A stretch of DNA of 64,000 bases from Felis catus (lineage: Eukaryota): contig NC_058383.1 of the NCBI RefSeq assembly GCF_018350175.1, positions 6,448,001 to 6,512,000 on the forward strand, written 5' to 3'. How positions within the stretch are numbered: position 1 is the stretch's first letter; each line of letters starts with the position of its first letter. The translations under genes and the position numbers were made by a program. This document shows, piece after piece, positions 28,345 through 40,300 of this stretch. Below the pieces are notes generated by a model that saw only the letters and a program-made list of their open reading frames with translations, ran no database searches and was not told where the DNA came from.

Positions 28345-31300
28345 CCCTTCCCCCGCTTGTGCTCAAGCTCACTCTCTCTCTCAAAATATATAAACACGAG
28401 ACAATTTTAAATTTAAAAAAGTTACTTTTAAAGTAACTGTGTAACAATGAAAATCAAAGCATTTCTATGCAAGGCTTAAATCCATCTCACTTGCCCCCTC
28501 TGTATTTGTGTTGCCCTCTGGGAAGCCCCAGACCAACAGCCTTTAAGATTCCTCCCAAGCAGGACACCAGTGGTCAGAGAAGATGAGGAGACAAAGCCTG
28601 GAAACTTCTCTGTTCTTTACTAGAAAGCAACACTTCACTAATTGAACATGGCAGAGCAAGGTCCTGTTCCAATGAGTAAAAAAAGTAAAATAAAATAAAA
28701 ATCCTTTACTCTTAGTTTTTAACTACACTCTAGTCTTATCTAAGCCAGATAGGATGAGTCAGTGGGAAAAAAAAACCCAACACGTTCCGGTAGGCTTTCA
28801 CTGAATAAAAATGTCATGTAGTTGTGCGTTTATGTGAACCTGCCTCTGCAGTATCCCAGGTCCCCACAGACAGAGAGACGGAGACACAGAAACGGGGAGG
28901 GAGACAGAGATAGAGAGACAGGAAGAAAGAGAGACAGCAAGGAGGAGGACCCCGTAAGGGAGAAAGGCAAGGGAAACTGGAGCTTGAACTCGGCCAGGCA
29001 CACACAGCTTAGAGAACGGTGTGAGCCCTGAATGGGGCTAGACGCCGAGGAACACCTAACTGCGTCTGTCAGGATCGCAGAGACCCCTGAGGATTGGTCC
29101 TAGGCAAGGACGGGCCTTCTCTGTGGAGGCGAGAGATACTTCCTGGCATCTGTGGCGAGGGACTCCCTCGTGGCTGCTTTCCGCCCCGATGGGGGTGTGA
29201 GGTCCCGTCTGAGGGAGAGCCCACAGCCCACCGCCGAGCCCCCGCGGCCCATCCCCCTGACGCCATAGGGTGTCGCCCGCCACTCAGGTCAAGCCGCTCC
29301 TGAACGTGGCTCGGCAAGAGGAGGAGATGAAGGCCAAGGAGGAGGAGCTGAGGAACGCCATGTGCAAGACACAGGAGCTGATAAGCAGGGTAAAGGAGCT
29401 GGAGGAGAAGATGGCCACGCTCAGCCAGGAGAAGAATGACCTCACCATCCAGCTACAGGCCGTATGTGGGGCCCCGGAGGGAGGGCGGGAGCTGGGGGCC
29501 CTGGCAACTACCAGGATCCCCGGGGCCACTGAGAGCCAGACCCAGGGAGGCAGGTGGGGGGGTGAGCCTTCTGAGAATCAGCATACGAGAGAGACCCCCG
29601 TGATAAAAGAATCACCCGCTTATGGGAGCACCTATATATGGGCCCCACCCCTTAATGCCTCACAGTGATGATTTCCCTTATTTTCCAGACAAAGAACTGA
29701 ATTTCAGTAATGTTATGGCACGAACCGAAAGCCACACAGCTGGTCTGGTTTGAGTCTGTGGCCGGTTGTTGTTTACGCCACTGACCCCATCTTGGGGAGA
29801 CCCCAGTGGACACCCAGGGTGTCCCTCTTCTGCCACGTACTGTCCGTTTGACCTTTGACGACCCCACCTCCTCCGAATATCAGGTCCCTCATCTCTAAGC
29901 CGTCGCTTACAGTGACATCTGCCTCGCTTGCTCCTTGGGGTCGTTATAAGGAGGAACTGTGGGTGGGAAATGGTTCGTTACACAAAGGCGCTAAATCGAT
30001 GCTGGGAGTCATTTGGGCAGATAGTCACTCCCCATTGGCAGACGGAAGCACAGGCACTCCCGGGCTCAGCCCCAACTACCGGCGGTGTGCAGCCTGTGTG
30101 TCCTCGACTTGTCCTGGACCACTGGCTACATCCTTCAGGTGCACCTGACCACCCGGGATCTGTTCAAAGGCAGATTTCAACACAGCAGGTCTCGGGTGGA
30201 GCCTGAGATCTTGCGTCCTAACCAGCTCACGAGTGATGCAGCTGGTGGCCTGGGGACGGCACTGCGAGACTCTGTTCTGTCACACGCATCACAAGGAGCT
30301 CGGGGCCAGTGCCCAGACCCCTGTGGGACCCCCTCTGACCGGCGCTCTTTCTTCCACCAGGAGCAAGAGAACCTGATAGATGCCGAGGAGCGCCTGACCC
30401 AGATGATGAAGACGAAAATGGAGCTGGAGAGCCAGATCTCGGACATGCGGGAGCGGCTGGAGGAGGAGGAGGGCACGGCGGCCTCCCTGAGCGCCACCAA
30501 GCGCAAGCTGGAGGGCGAGATGAGTGACCTGAAGCGGGACCTGGAGGGTCTGGAGACCACACTGGCCAAGATGGAGAAGGAGAAGCAGGTGAGGAGGCCC
30601 TGGGGCCTCACTACACCCCCCTCGGGAACAGGAAACCCTGTGGGGGTCCCACCTGGAGTCCCCTCAGCAGCACCGCCCAGGACCCTAGCCACCAGCCACA
30701 TGGGGCTAGTTTAACTTAACTCAGCGCCATGGAAAACGTGACTCCTCTGTTGACCTAGCAGCATTTCGAGTGCTCAATAGCCACACGAGGCTAGTGCTAC
30801 CGCATTGAACTGAGAACGTGGCTGTTGCTGCAGAAAGTTCCGTCGGGACAAAGTAGCTAGAGGGACGAGGGCTCTTTCCCTCATGGTGACATCCAGGCTC
30901 AGGACTGACTGGTTCTCCTCGTGCCCGTGAAACCCAGGTGTCTGTGCTAGCCTGTGGCCCACTCAGACTCAGCGTCCCTGGGCCCCTCACAGAACGTTCT
31001 TCTTCACTACATCTGCCTTCTCCCCTCTTCCAGGAAGAGACAACCCTCTCTCTAGCGTGGGGCCACCACTAGCTGTTGGATCTCTGCCCAAACAAGCAGC
31101 TGCTGCCCTTCCAGTCGGCTCCAGGGGGAGCCCCTGGCTCCTGATACCATCTGGTGGGCCCTTGGCCCCGAAGCCCCCTTCTTACCCTCACAAGTTGGCG
31201 GGGGGGATCCAGAGCAGGGGAAGGTGTATGCTGCCTAAGCCCATGCCTCTTCAGCTCTGATGTGCACACAAAGTGTTGGCATCTTGATAACATGCCGGTT

Positions 31301-34300
31301 CTGCATCAGCAAGTCTGCTGGGACCCGAGGGTCCACGTCTCTCAGACACCGCTGATGTCTGAGGGCCGGGCTTTGAAGAGCCAAGGCCTGACTGGTGGTT
31401 CTCACTGCTGCCCTCACCCTCAGATTCGGACCTGCCTGGGGTGTGCCCTGGGCACTAGCATTTCTCAGGCTCCCAAGTGACTCTGGACCGCAGCCAAGCT
31501 GAAGAGCCCCTCTCTCGGAGCAAGCGCCTCCCTCTTTGTTCCCCCTCCAAGGCTGTTCCCAGCCTTAAAGGCCTGTCCCTCTCCTGCCCCTGTTTCCAGG
31601 CCCTGGATCACAAGGTCCGCACCCTAACCGGGGACCTCTCGCTCCGTGAAGACTCCATCGCCAAGCTCCAGAAGGAGAAGAGGGCCCTGGAGGAGCTGCA
31701 CCAGGTAGGCACCACGGGCTTCTACTTGGCACAGCAGGTGGAGCTTGGAGACTGGAGACCCTGGTTTTGCTGCCCCTCAGCTGGGGCCTATAGGGAAGTC
31801 AGTCTTCCTAAATCTCAATTTCCTCATCAGAGAAGCGGGCACTGTCATGTCTTGTTGTTCTCCTCCCAAGTTTGTTGTAAGTGGGGCGACCATATAATTT
31901 ATCACCCAGACTAGTCTGAGAGTGAAAGAGGGGCAGCGGGCATGAGGAGATGATCCCAGGTGCACTGGAAGCTAGGGTCCCCAGACTTATCAGGATGAGT
32001 GCCCTGCCGGTGCTAAAGCACCAGTGAACCCCAATACATCTCGGTGACAAAGGGCATGAGCTCTTGTGAGGAGACCTGTTTGACCGTTATGGGCTCAGGC
32101 TCCTGGAGGCAGAGCCAGCTCTGACCAGCCACCAGTGCTGACCTTGGCACAGACCACTTCCTAGCTCTGAAGACACAGGTGCAGAGAGCAAGTTGAAGCC
32201 CAGAGCCAGACAGCAGACACCATGTTTGCTGACACCATGAACCCACAGCACATCCCCTTTAGTGCCTCTCTCTGCTGCCTCTGGAAATACTTCCCCTTAG
32301 ACTGTAACCCTCAACCATTTCAAACTCAGAGCCCCCTTTTATAACAAATACAGTCGATTCTCATTATCCCAGGTAGTTATGTTCCATAAAGTCACCACAA
32401 ACGCTGAATAAACAAATGCTGGACCCCCGTTTTTGTTTTTAATTTTTTTTTAACATTTATTCAATTTTGAGAGACAGAGAGCGAGAAGGGGAAGGGCAGA
32501 GAGAGAGGGAGACACAGAATCCGAAGCAGGCTCCAGGCTCTGAGCTGTCAACACAGAGCCCAACATGAGGTTCAAACCCACAGACCTCAAGATCATGACC
32601 TGGCCAAAGTCAGATGCCCAACTGACTGAGCCACCCAGGCGCCCCAATACTGAACCTCGGTTTTAAGGGGAAATAGAAGGTTAGGTTCCTGCAAGCCTCT
32701 GGTCACGTTTTCGTCAATCAATCAATACATTACTTTGTTTTATGTGTGTTTCTGTGTAAGACACTACTTGGTACACACTGTCCATTCCTGAACAATGAAC
32801 TCACGGTCAACAACCCTGTATCTCATGCCTGAACAAAGCTTATCTAACACACAAATTTCCTCTGTGAGGCACAGCACAGCTTTCTTGTGCTTAGGAACAC
32901 TAGATAGCACAGTACCAGTGTGCTTGGTGCACCATTTTATGAGCCAAACTCACCAAGACAAAAGCACAAAAAATGTAAAAAATCATGGCACTAAATAGAC
33001 TGTGAAAAAGCCACCTGTTTGCAGTATGAGCTGAAACAAGAAGGCGGGGCATCATCTTATTTGACGTCAGCTGGGAACGTGCGCTCCAGAAGACGTAAAC
33101 TTTTCGCTGCTCTGCACATGTCTGCAAATGACCATGAACGCACCACAAGTATTGATTTGGGATTACACATAAATTTTAGCTCGTAGGTAAATTGGAAAAT
33201 AGATAATCCACAAATGATGAGGGTAGACTGCATTTTGGAAGCCTCTCTTTACTATCGTAAAATAAACATTATTATAGCTAATACATACCTTCAAAAAAAT
33301 CAATAGTGTCCTTCTTTTTAAGGGGGAAATGAACGGAATATAATTTATAATAAATAACGGGGCTGTCCGTGTGTAAGCACTCAGGCAGATCCACTAGAAG
33401 ACGTTGTGAGCAGTCAGCTGAACACCCGAGCCTGCCTAGGTGGCCGAAGACGGACGGGCACAGAGGGTGTGTTGGTGATGTTGACGGCAAAGTGTGGCTG
33501 CCGTCAGTGATGCGGGTTTACAAAATGGTTAAGAACTCTCAGGGAGATTTTGACAATAACAAATCTCTCAGTTTTCATGGTAGATCATTCTTTAAAAATA
33601 TAGTGTATACTAAACGAAAAAAAAAAAGTTATGTGTCCAGTGGTCCTGGCTGCTGGGTTGAGAAGAGTAGAACTGTTGTTTTACGTACGTGAATGCCCGG
33701 GTGGGGCATCAAGTGTGCGGACTACAGAATTATGCTTCACGGTACCGGATTGTCCAGAGCGAGGCATGTCCAGCATCCCTGGAACCACTAAGTGCCAGTG
33801 GGGCCCCCAATCATGGTGGCGAACAAAAGCCCCCCAACAGACCTCCTGCATGCCCCATGGAGAGCCAGAGCCCCACTGACCATTGAGGGCCCACCTACAG
33901 CTAACGGGTGCTCGGGTCTGCCCCTGCCTCACCTGGCACCAGGGCCAGGGACTCAGTAGCTGTTCCCTGAAGTCAACTCAACCCAGCTCAGAAGTGATGG
34001 CAGAGAACTAGGTCTGTTCAGCTGCTTCTGCACGTCTCGTGGGACATACAAGATCTTTCCTTCCAGAAAACCCTCGATGACCTGCAAGCTGAGGAGGACA
34101 AGGTGAACCACCTGACCAAGACCAACAGCAAGCTCAGCACCCAGATCCATGAGGTAATACCCTGTTGCTGGGGCCAGTTCTATAGCTCAAGGGCCAGGTC
34201 TGTCATGGGGCCCAGGGTCCTCAGATACATTTGGGGAATTGGACTGACACGTCCCCCTGAGGAAATGAGGGCCTTTCTGTTGCCACAGCTAAGGAACCAG

Positions 34301-37300
34301 GCCCAGTCTGGTTCCTCAATTGCATCCTGGCCTCAGACTCACCCCGCTCCCCTCAACACACGTGTTTTCTCTCGCTCTTCTTGTTTCTGCAGCTGGAGGA
34401 TAACTGGGAACAAGAAAAGAAAATCCGGGCGGAGGTGGAGAAGGCCCGTCGGAAGGCTGAGAGTGACCTGAAGATAACCATTGACAACCTCAACGAGATG
34501 GAGCGGTCCAAGCTGGACCTCGAGGAAGTGGTGAAAAAGTATGCCCGTGCGGTCATTCATTTCATCCGTAACATTAGCACTTTCTGTGTGGTGCCAGGTG
34601 CCAGGCACCGTGCTGAGGGCTTCACATGTATTAACGCACGTCCCTAGTACCCGCTATGTGCCAGGCACGGTGCCCACCACAGAGCACATAGGGAGGGGAC
34701 AGTAGATGCTGCCCATCCACAGGGAGCTCCTAGTCTCACACAAGCCCAGCTGGGCGCCAGAAAGGGGGCTGGTACTGAGCAATGCCCCTCCCCAATAGGC
34801 AGGGAGTCTTGGCAGAAACCTGTAAGCTGGGCTTTCAAAGATCACAAGGAGTCGAGGGGTATTTCAATATCACTGCGGCAGTAACTATGGGGGACAGGTG
34901 GAGTGGAGTAAAACTGGAAGCAGGAAGGCAACCGGAAGGCTACTGCAATAGTCCAGGTATGAACTTGAACTAAAGCAAGAGGCTGAGGGGATGGAGATTA
35001 GGAGACGGACAAGCTTTCAGGGGGCAGAATCTGCACGACACAACTTTGAAGTACATTTTACCAAGGCAGTTTGACAGCTCCACGAGCTGCTGTGAGACGC
35101 GTGTGGCTAATGCTGCATCGCGGCTCCTTTCTTCTGTGGCACACCCAGAAGCTGCATGTGACCTTGACCATCCTGCTCACTTACTTGGTCTCTGGTGTCT
35201 TAGTTCTCACACATGGCTCCTTGACACGTGGAACCCACACACATATCAGAAGGAGACAGCCTTTTGTGGAAAGTTTTTGGAAGGAAATTTTCCCTAAAAA
35301 GGCAAAGCGCCCATGTGATTCTGGAGCCCCTAGAATGTAAGCTTACCAGGGCAGCGATTTCTGTCTGGTTTATTCACGGATGTGTCCCTGGAGCCCCAAA
35401 GAGCATCCGGCAATAGTAGACAGTCAATAAACGTGTGCCAGGTTAACAAATGCATGAGTGAGTGGGAGGCCTGTGCAACAGATTCTGAGGGCTTTTGTAG
35501 GGCGAGACCTTCTGGGCTGTCACCGCAGAGGGTCAGGGGGTTAGGGGATGAATGGGTTTCAGCAGGCTCAAGGCCTCCTCCGGTAGCCCAGGTTCTGTTC
35601 CCTCACCAGCTGGCTGGTATCCCCTCAGAGCTCCTCCTCAGGAGATCACACCTTCTCTTGCAGGAGGGATATGGAAATCAATTCTGTCAACTCCAAGTAT
35701 GAGGATGAACAGTCTCTGAATTCCACACTCCAGCGGAAACTGAAGGAGCATCAGGTGTGTTCAGGACCGAGAAGGAGCAACTCTCCTTTTGAAACGCCCT
35801 TCCAGGCACCTTGGCCCCCATCAGCTGCTTGGCCGCCTGGGTTTCCTGAGGAGCAAGGCTGCCCCAGAGTCCTTGACACTGATCCACATTCACCTCATGC
35901 AGGCTTAAAGTCAACGCCCCCACTATGAGGACAAGGCCCTCCACAATCTGCCCCTGCCCCCTCCCTGACCTTGTCACCCAGCGTTCCCGCCCCCCACTCC
36001 CTAGCCATGCTGGCTCCTACCCCAGCCTCTCCCCTGCCTCAGGACCATTGCACATACTCTCTGTGTCCTGTTTCCCTCTGCTTTTGACAGTGTCCATCAC
36101 ATGCTCAGCCCCTTTCCATCACTTCCCTACTAAAAGGTCAAGTGGGTAAGTCTGTAACTTCACACAGAAGAGATAAATCCCACCCCTCCACCCCCACCGA
36201 TTTGTCTGCTAGGCCCGAATTGAGGAGCTGGAGGAAGAACTGGAAGCTGAGAGGGCAATGAGAGCCAAGGTAAATGAACTACTTCTACACTTACTTGAGT
36301 CTAAGGACCCAGTGCCAGCCACGATCCAACCATAAGTAGACACTCCACTCAGGAAAGCACCAGAGGGGAGGGCGGGTTTCCAACTGAAAAGGCCCTCACT
36401 GTTTCTCGAGCCCCTACCGTGCATCAGGCACTGTGCTACGGGTGCAGTATTAATTAGGATGTAAGGCGTAAAGATACGATTCGTGGCGTGGCCCCACCTA
36501 GCGCAGGCAGAGGAGACAACATGAGCCTGGGAACTCGGAGAACTGAACTCAACAGGCTGACGAGGGAAAGAATGTCTAGACGGAGGGAATGAGACGGCAC
36601 CTCCCTGCACAGGTACAAAGACGTTAAGGACCAGCAAAGAGTGGAAGGAGGCTTTAGATGAGGATGAGGCCAGAGAGCCAGTGGGAGAGGAATCGTCACG
36701 CGCCTAAACTCCAGATTCAGCCAAACGGGGGCCGGGGGTAGGATGGGCAGGGAGACCCACCCAGTGCAGGGAGGAGGACAGAGACATCCTTCACTGAGTG
36801 TGTGGGGTGGCAGGCAGAGTGCAGAGCTCCCAAAGTGCGGGCCCCCAGCCCCACAGACACCATGCGGTCACTGCAGTCTTTACCAGAGGGAGGGGCTCCC
36901 ACATGGCTCCCCATCACGGTCACCCAACCTCCCCGCCCCCAGGTGGAGAAACAACGCAGCGACCTGTCCCGGGATCTTGAAGACCTCAGTGACAGGCTGG
37001 AAGAGGCTGGGGGAGCCACGTCTGCTCAGGTACCATCCTTGTGGAGGGGACGGGCCCAGGGACCCCAGTTCCTGCCTGCCTTCAGGGAGAAAAAAAAAAA
37101 CTGCTGGATGAGAAGCAGTGAGAATAGGACCAGTTAGTTGCTGCTGAATTCCTGGGGCTAACTTGAGGAGAGAACAATTAATAATACAGAAGAGGCCAGA
37201 GAGGGGCTGGTTTGGTCCCCTCTCTCCTGGGGATCCTTAGCTCAGTGGTGAGGACAGACGCGGCACGGGACTGAATGCAGAGGGCAGACGTTGTAAGATA

Positions 37301-40300
37301 CAACGTGTCTTTCAGAAAATGTGAGCTGCGGTAATGCCAGCCGATTAGGGGAAGGACTGCCACTGTGCAGACAGTCTGTTACAGTTCCTAAGAGGGGGCG
37401 TGCCATGCAGGGCCACACGGGAAGCAGCAGGGTCAGTAGCAGCAGAGGCAGGGGAGAATTGCAGGCAAGAGCCTTTATTGTGGTTTCTGAGGAAGGAACG
37501 GATAAGGCAGAGGAAGCAGGCTTAGGACTGGTTAGTTTGGATAATTTCAGCGGGCTCTGGGGCACCGGGGCTGAGCCCAGTTGGTACCTGACCATGGGGG
37601 TAATGAGAGCACGGAGTATGTGGCTGAGAGTATGAGCACCCCAGAGAGGAGGAGCTGGAGGTGTGGGCTCTAGACTGGTTGCTTTGTACTGGAAATCTAG
37701 CTGTTTGCTATCTCTAGGAGTTAGCTTACCCTGGGAGGGGCTGTTGTCCAGGGTCAGCAAAACCCCAAGAGGACAAGGCATAAGAATACAGAAAATAAAG
37801 ACATGGTTAATACAGAGGGGTGACCCCATACTGCCAGGGCTGGAATCCAAGTTGGGCCTCTGGTGTGGAATGCCTCTTCCTCCAACTCACATAAAGGCAT
37901 CACGGAGACTAACAGAAGCTTGAAACTCTCCTTCTAATTCCGGATAGTCAGGTCGCTTACAAATGTGGCCCCTGGGTCAAAGCTGAGAGAAGGAAAGTGG
38001 ATGGGGTCCCTTAGCACTGGAAGGCTAGGCATCCTTTCCCGAGGCTCCCTGGACTGCACACCCCACTCCCTCACCATCCTGGCTTCAGGCTGTTTGTTGT
38101 AGGGGGGAGTGCTGAGAACCAAAGCTGGTATGCGGCTGTGGTCGGGGTCCTGGGAGGAAACAAAATCATCCCAGGTGGTTTGAGTGAGAGGCATCAAGAA
38201 AGGACTACATCCAGCAATGCAGGGAAAGTGAAGACGACGGGACAGGATGTAGGGCACCAGAGGGATGGGAGGAAGCAGGGTCATAGGGCTGTGACATCGG
38301 GAGCCTTGGAGCAGGGCCTACCTGGCGGGCTCCTTCTGGAAGCTCAGGGAGAATCTGTCCAAGGACTCTCCCCTGCCTTCTGGTGGGTTGCTGGCAATCC
38401 TTGGTGTTCCTTGCTTGTAGCTGAATCACCCCAACCTCCGCTTTCATGGTCACATGGCCTTCTTATGGGTCTCCCTGGATCTAAATTTCTCCCCTTATAA
38501 GGACAACCAGCCATTGGGTTAGGGGCCTCCCTAGTCCAGTATGACATTTTACCTTGTTTACATCTGCAAAGACCCTGTTTCCATCCACAGGTATCTGGGG
38601 TTAAGAACTGAGCATATCTTCTCGGGGGGCACAATTGGACACACAACACCATCTAAACGAATCCTATGGGCAATCCACCCAGAGGCTCGGGACTGACATC
38701 TCAATCAAGACATCCTATTAGAGGGGCGCAGAAATATCGGGGCACCACTGAGCAGGCGGGCAGCGTCTGCCCTAAGGAGACCAGTGCCGGTCAGTTCTGC
38801 TAAAGCCCTGCTTCTCTCTCCCAGATTGAGCAGAACCGCAAGCGGGAGGCAGAGCTGCTAAAGCTGAGGCGGGAGCTGGAGGAGGCGGCCCTGCAGAGCG
38901 AGGCAGCGGCCTCCACACTGCGCAAGAAGCACACGGACTCCATGGCTGAGCTCACGGAGCACGTGGAGAACCTGCAGAGGGTCAAGGCCAAGCTGGAGAA
39001 GGACAAGCAAGTCATGAAGGCTGAGATCGACGACCTCAACGCCAGCATGGAGACGGTGCAGAAGTCCAAGGTGAGGTGGGGGGACCCCCCCCCAGAGTCA
39101 CAGGGACGTGCCCCAGCATCTGGCTGCTTCACACATATTCCCCAAGCCCCCAGCAAGCCCGGGGCATGTTCTAGATGTTGTGAAGGGAATCGAGATGAGC
39201 CCGTCACAGATCCCACAGGAAGGTGTATAACCTTGGCCAAGTTCATAATCTAACTGTGCTCTTCTGTAAAATGGAGATAACAATAATCCCTGCTTCATAG
39301 AGCTGTTGTGAGGGCTTCAACAGTTCCTGGCACATAAGAAAAGATCAATAAATGTGACAGACTAGGAAGAGTGACAACAGAAATGCACGCATCGCCATAA
39401 TGAAAAAGTGATACATGGCAAGAAGGAAAAGCGAGTAAGCCATTCAACACGCCTTTATCAAGCAGCTGCCACAGAAAGAGCCTTCTTGTGACATGAGGGA
39501 AAGGGGGCTCCAAGGGTGAGCAAGGATGATGCTTTGGGGTCCCTGGCTCAGCCAACCAGTATCTCCAAACTTCAGGCACTCATGAGGCATCTTCACAGTT
39601 CCCATTTTATCTGCACACCCTGGAACTAAGGCTAGTATTTTTTTCTTAAATTGGCCCATTGCATTTTCTTACTGGGTGAAGTCCTCAGGGGTCCAGAGTG
39701 GCTAGAAAAGGGGGATGAGCCAGAGAGTGAGGGTCTGTGTGCCAACCCAAAGACTCTAAGTTTATGTATAGAAATGATAAGGTGGGGCAGGGCGAGGGGG
39801 ATCGGGGGAGATGGTTCTGAGATAGGCACGTTCTGGAAGGACGAGGGAGGTAGTCTAGGAGGCTGCACTAGGGGAACCCAGGTGGAAAGCAGGGAGGGTT
39901 TGGCCTGGCTTCTCCATTTCCCCACTGGGTACATCTTCCTTGAGCAGATGAATGCCGAGGCCCACATCCGAAAGCTGGAAGACAGTTTAGCAGAAGCCAA
40001 CGCCAAGGTGGCTGAGCTGGAGCGAAACCAGGCAGAAATCAATGCCATCAGGACCCGCCTGCAAGGTGAGCATGCCTCTCCCTGCAGCTTCCCGAGGAAC
40101 AGTGTGTGGAACAGAACAGGGATGCTCAAGGAAACCGAAAGAGTACCCATGTCCTCTTCCCGGAGCTTTCTTGGCCTTGGAAACTTCACACCCGCTGTGA
40201 TGAGACAGGAGATCTGATTCCACCCATGGACTGCCCCAAGCAGCATCTTTGCAACATAAAACAAGTGACACTATTCAAAGCATTTCCCTATCAGTTGTCT

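Noticed and set aside
30177-30701. Long antisense ORFs over rod exons (also 38800-39246, 39632-40264, 53526-53891)
   Set aside because: Expected shadow of GC3-rich Glu/Lys/Leu coding sequence, reading as Ser/Phe-rich antisense.
37242-37850. 202-aa minus-strand ORF
   Set aside because: Overlaps a probable LTR remnant, with no gag/pol/env motifs.
39942-39947. NAGNAG acceptor GAGCAG at exon 30
   Set aside because: GAG is a weak acceptor, and a one-residue insertion would break the exact length match to the paralog rod.
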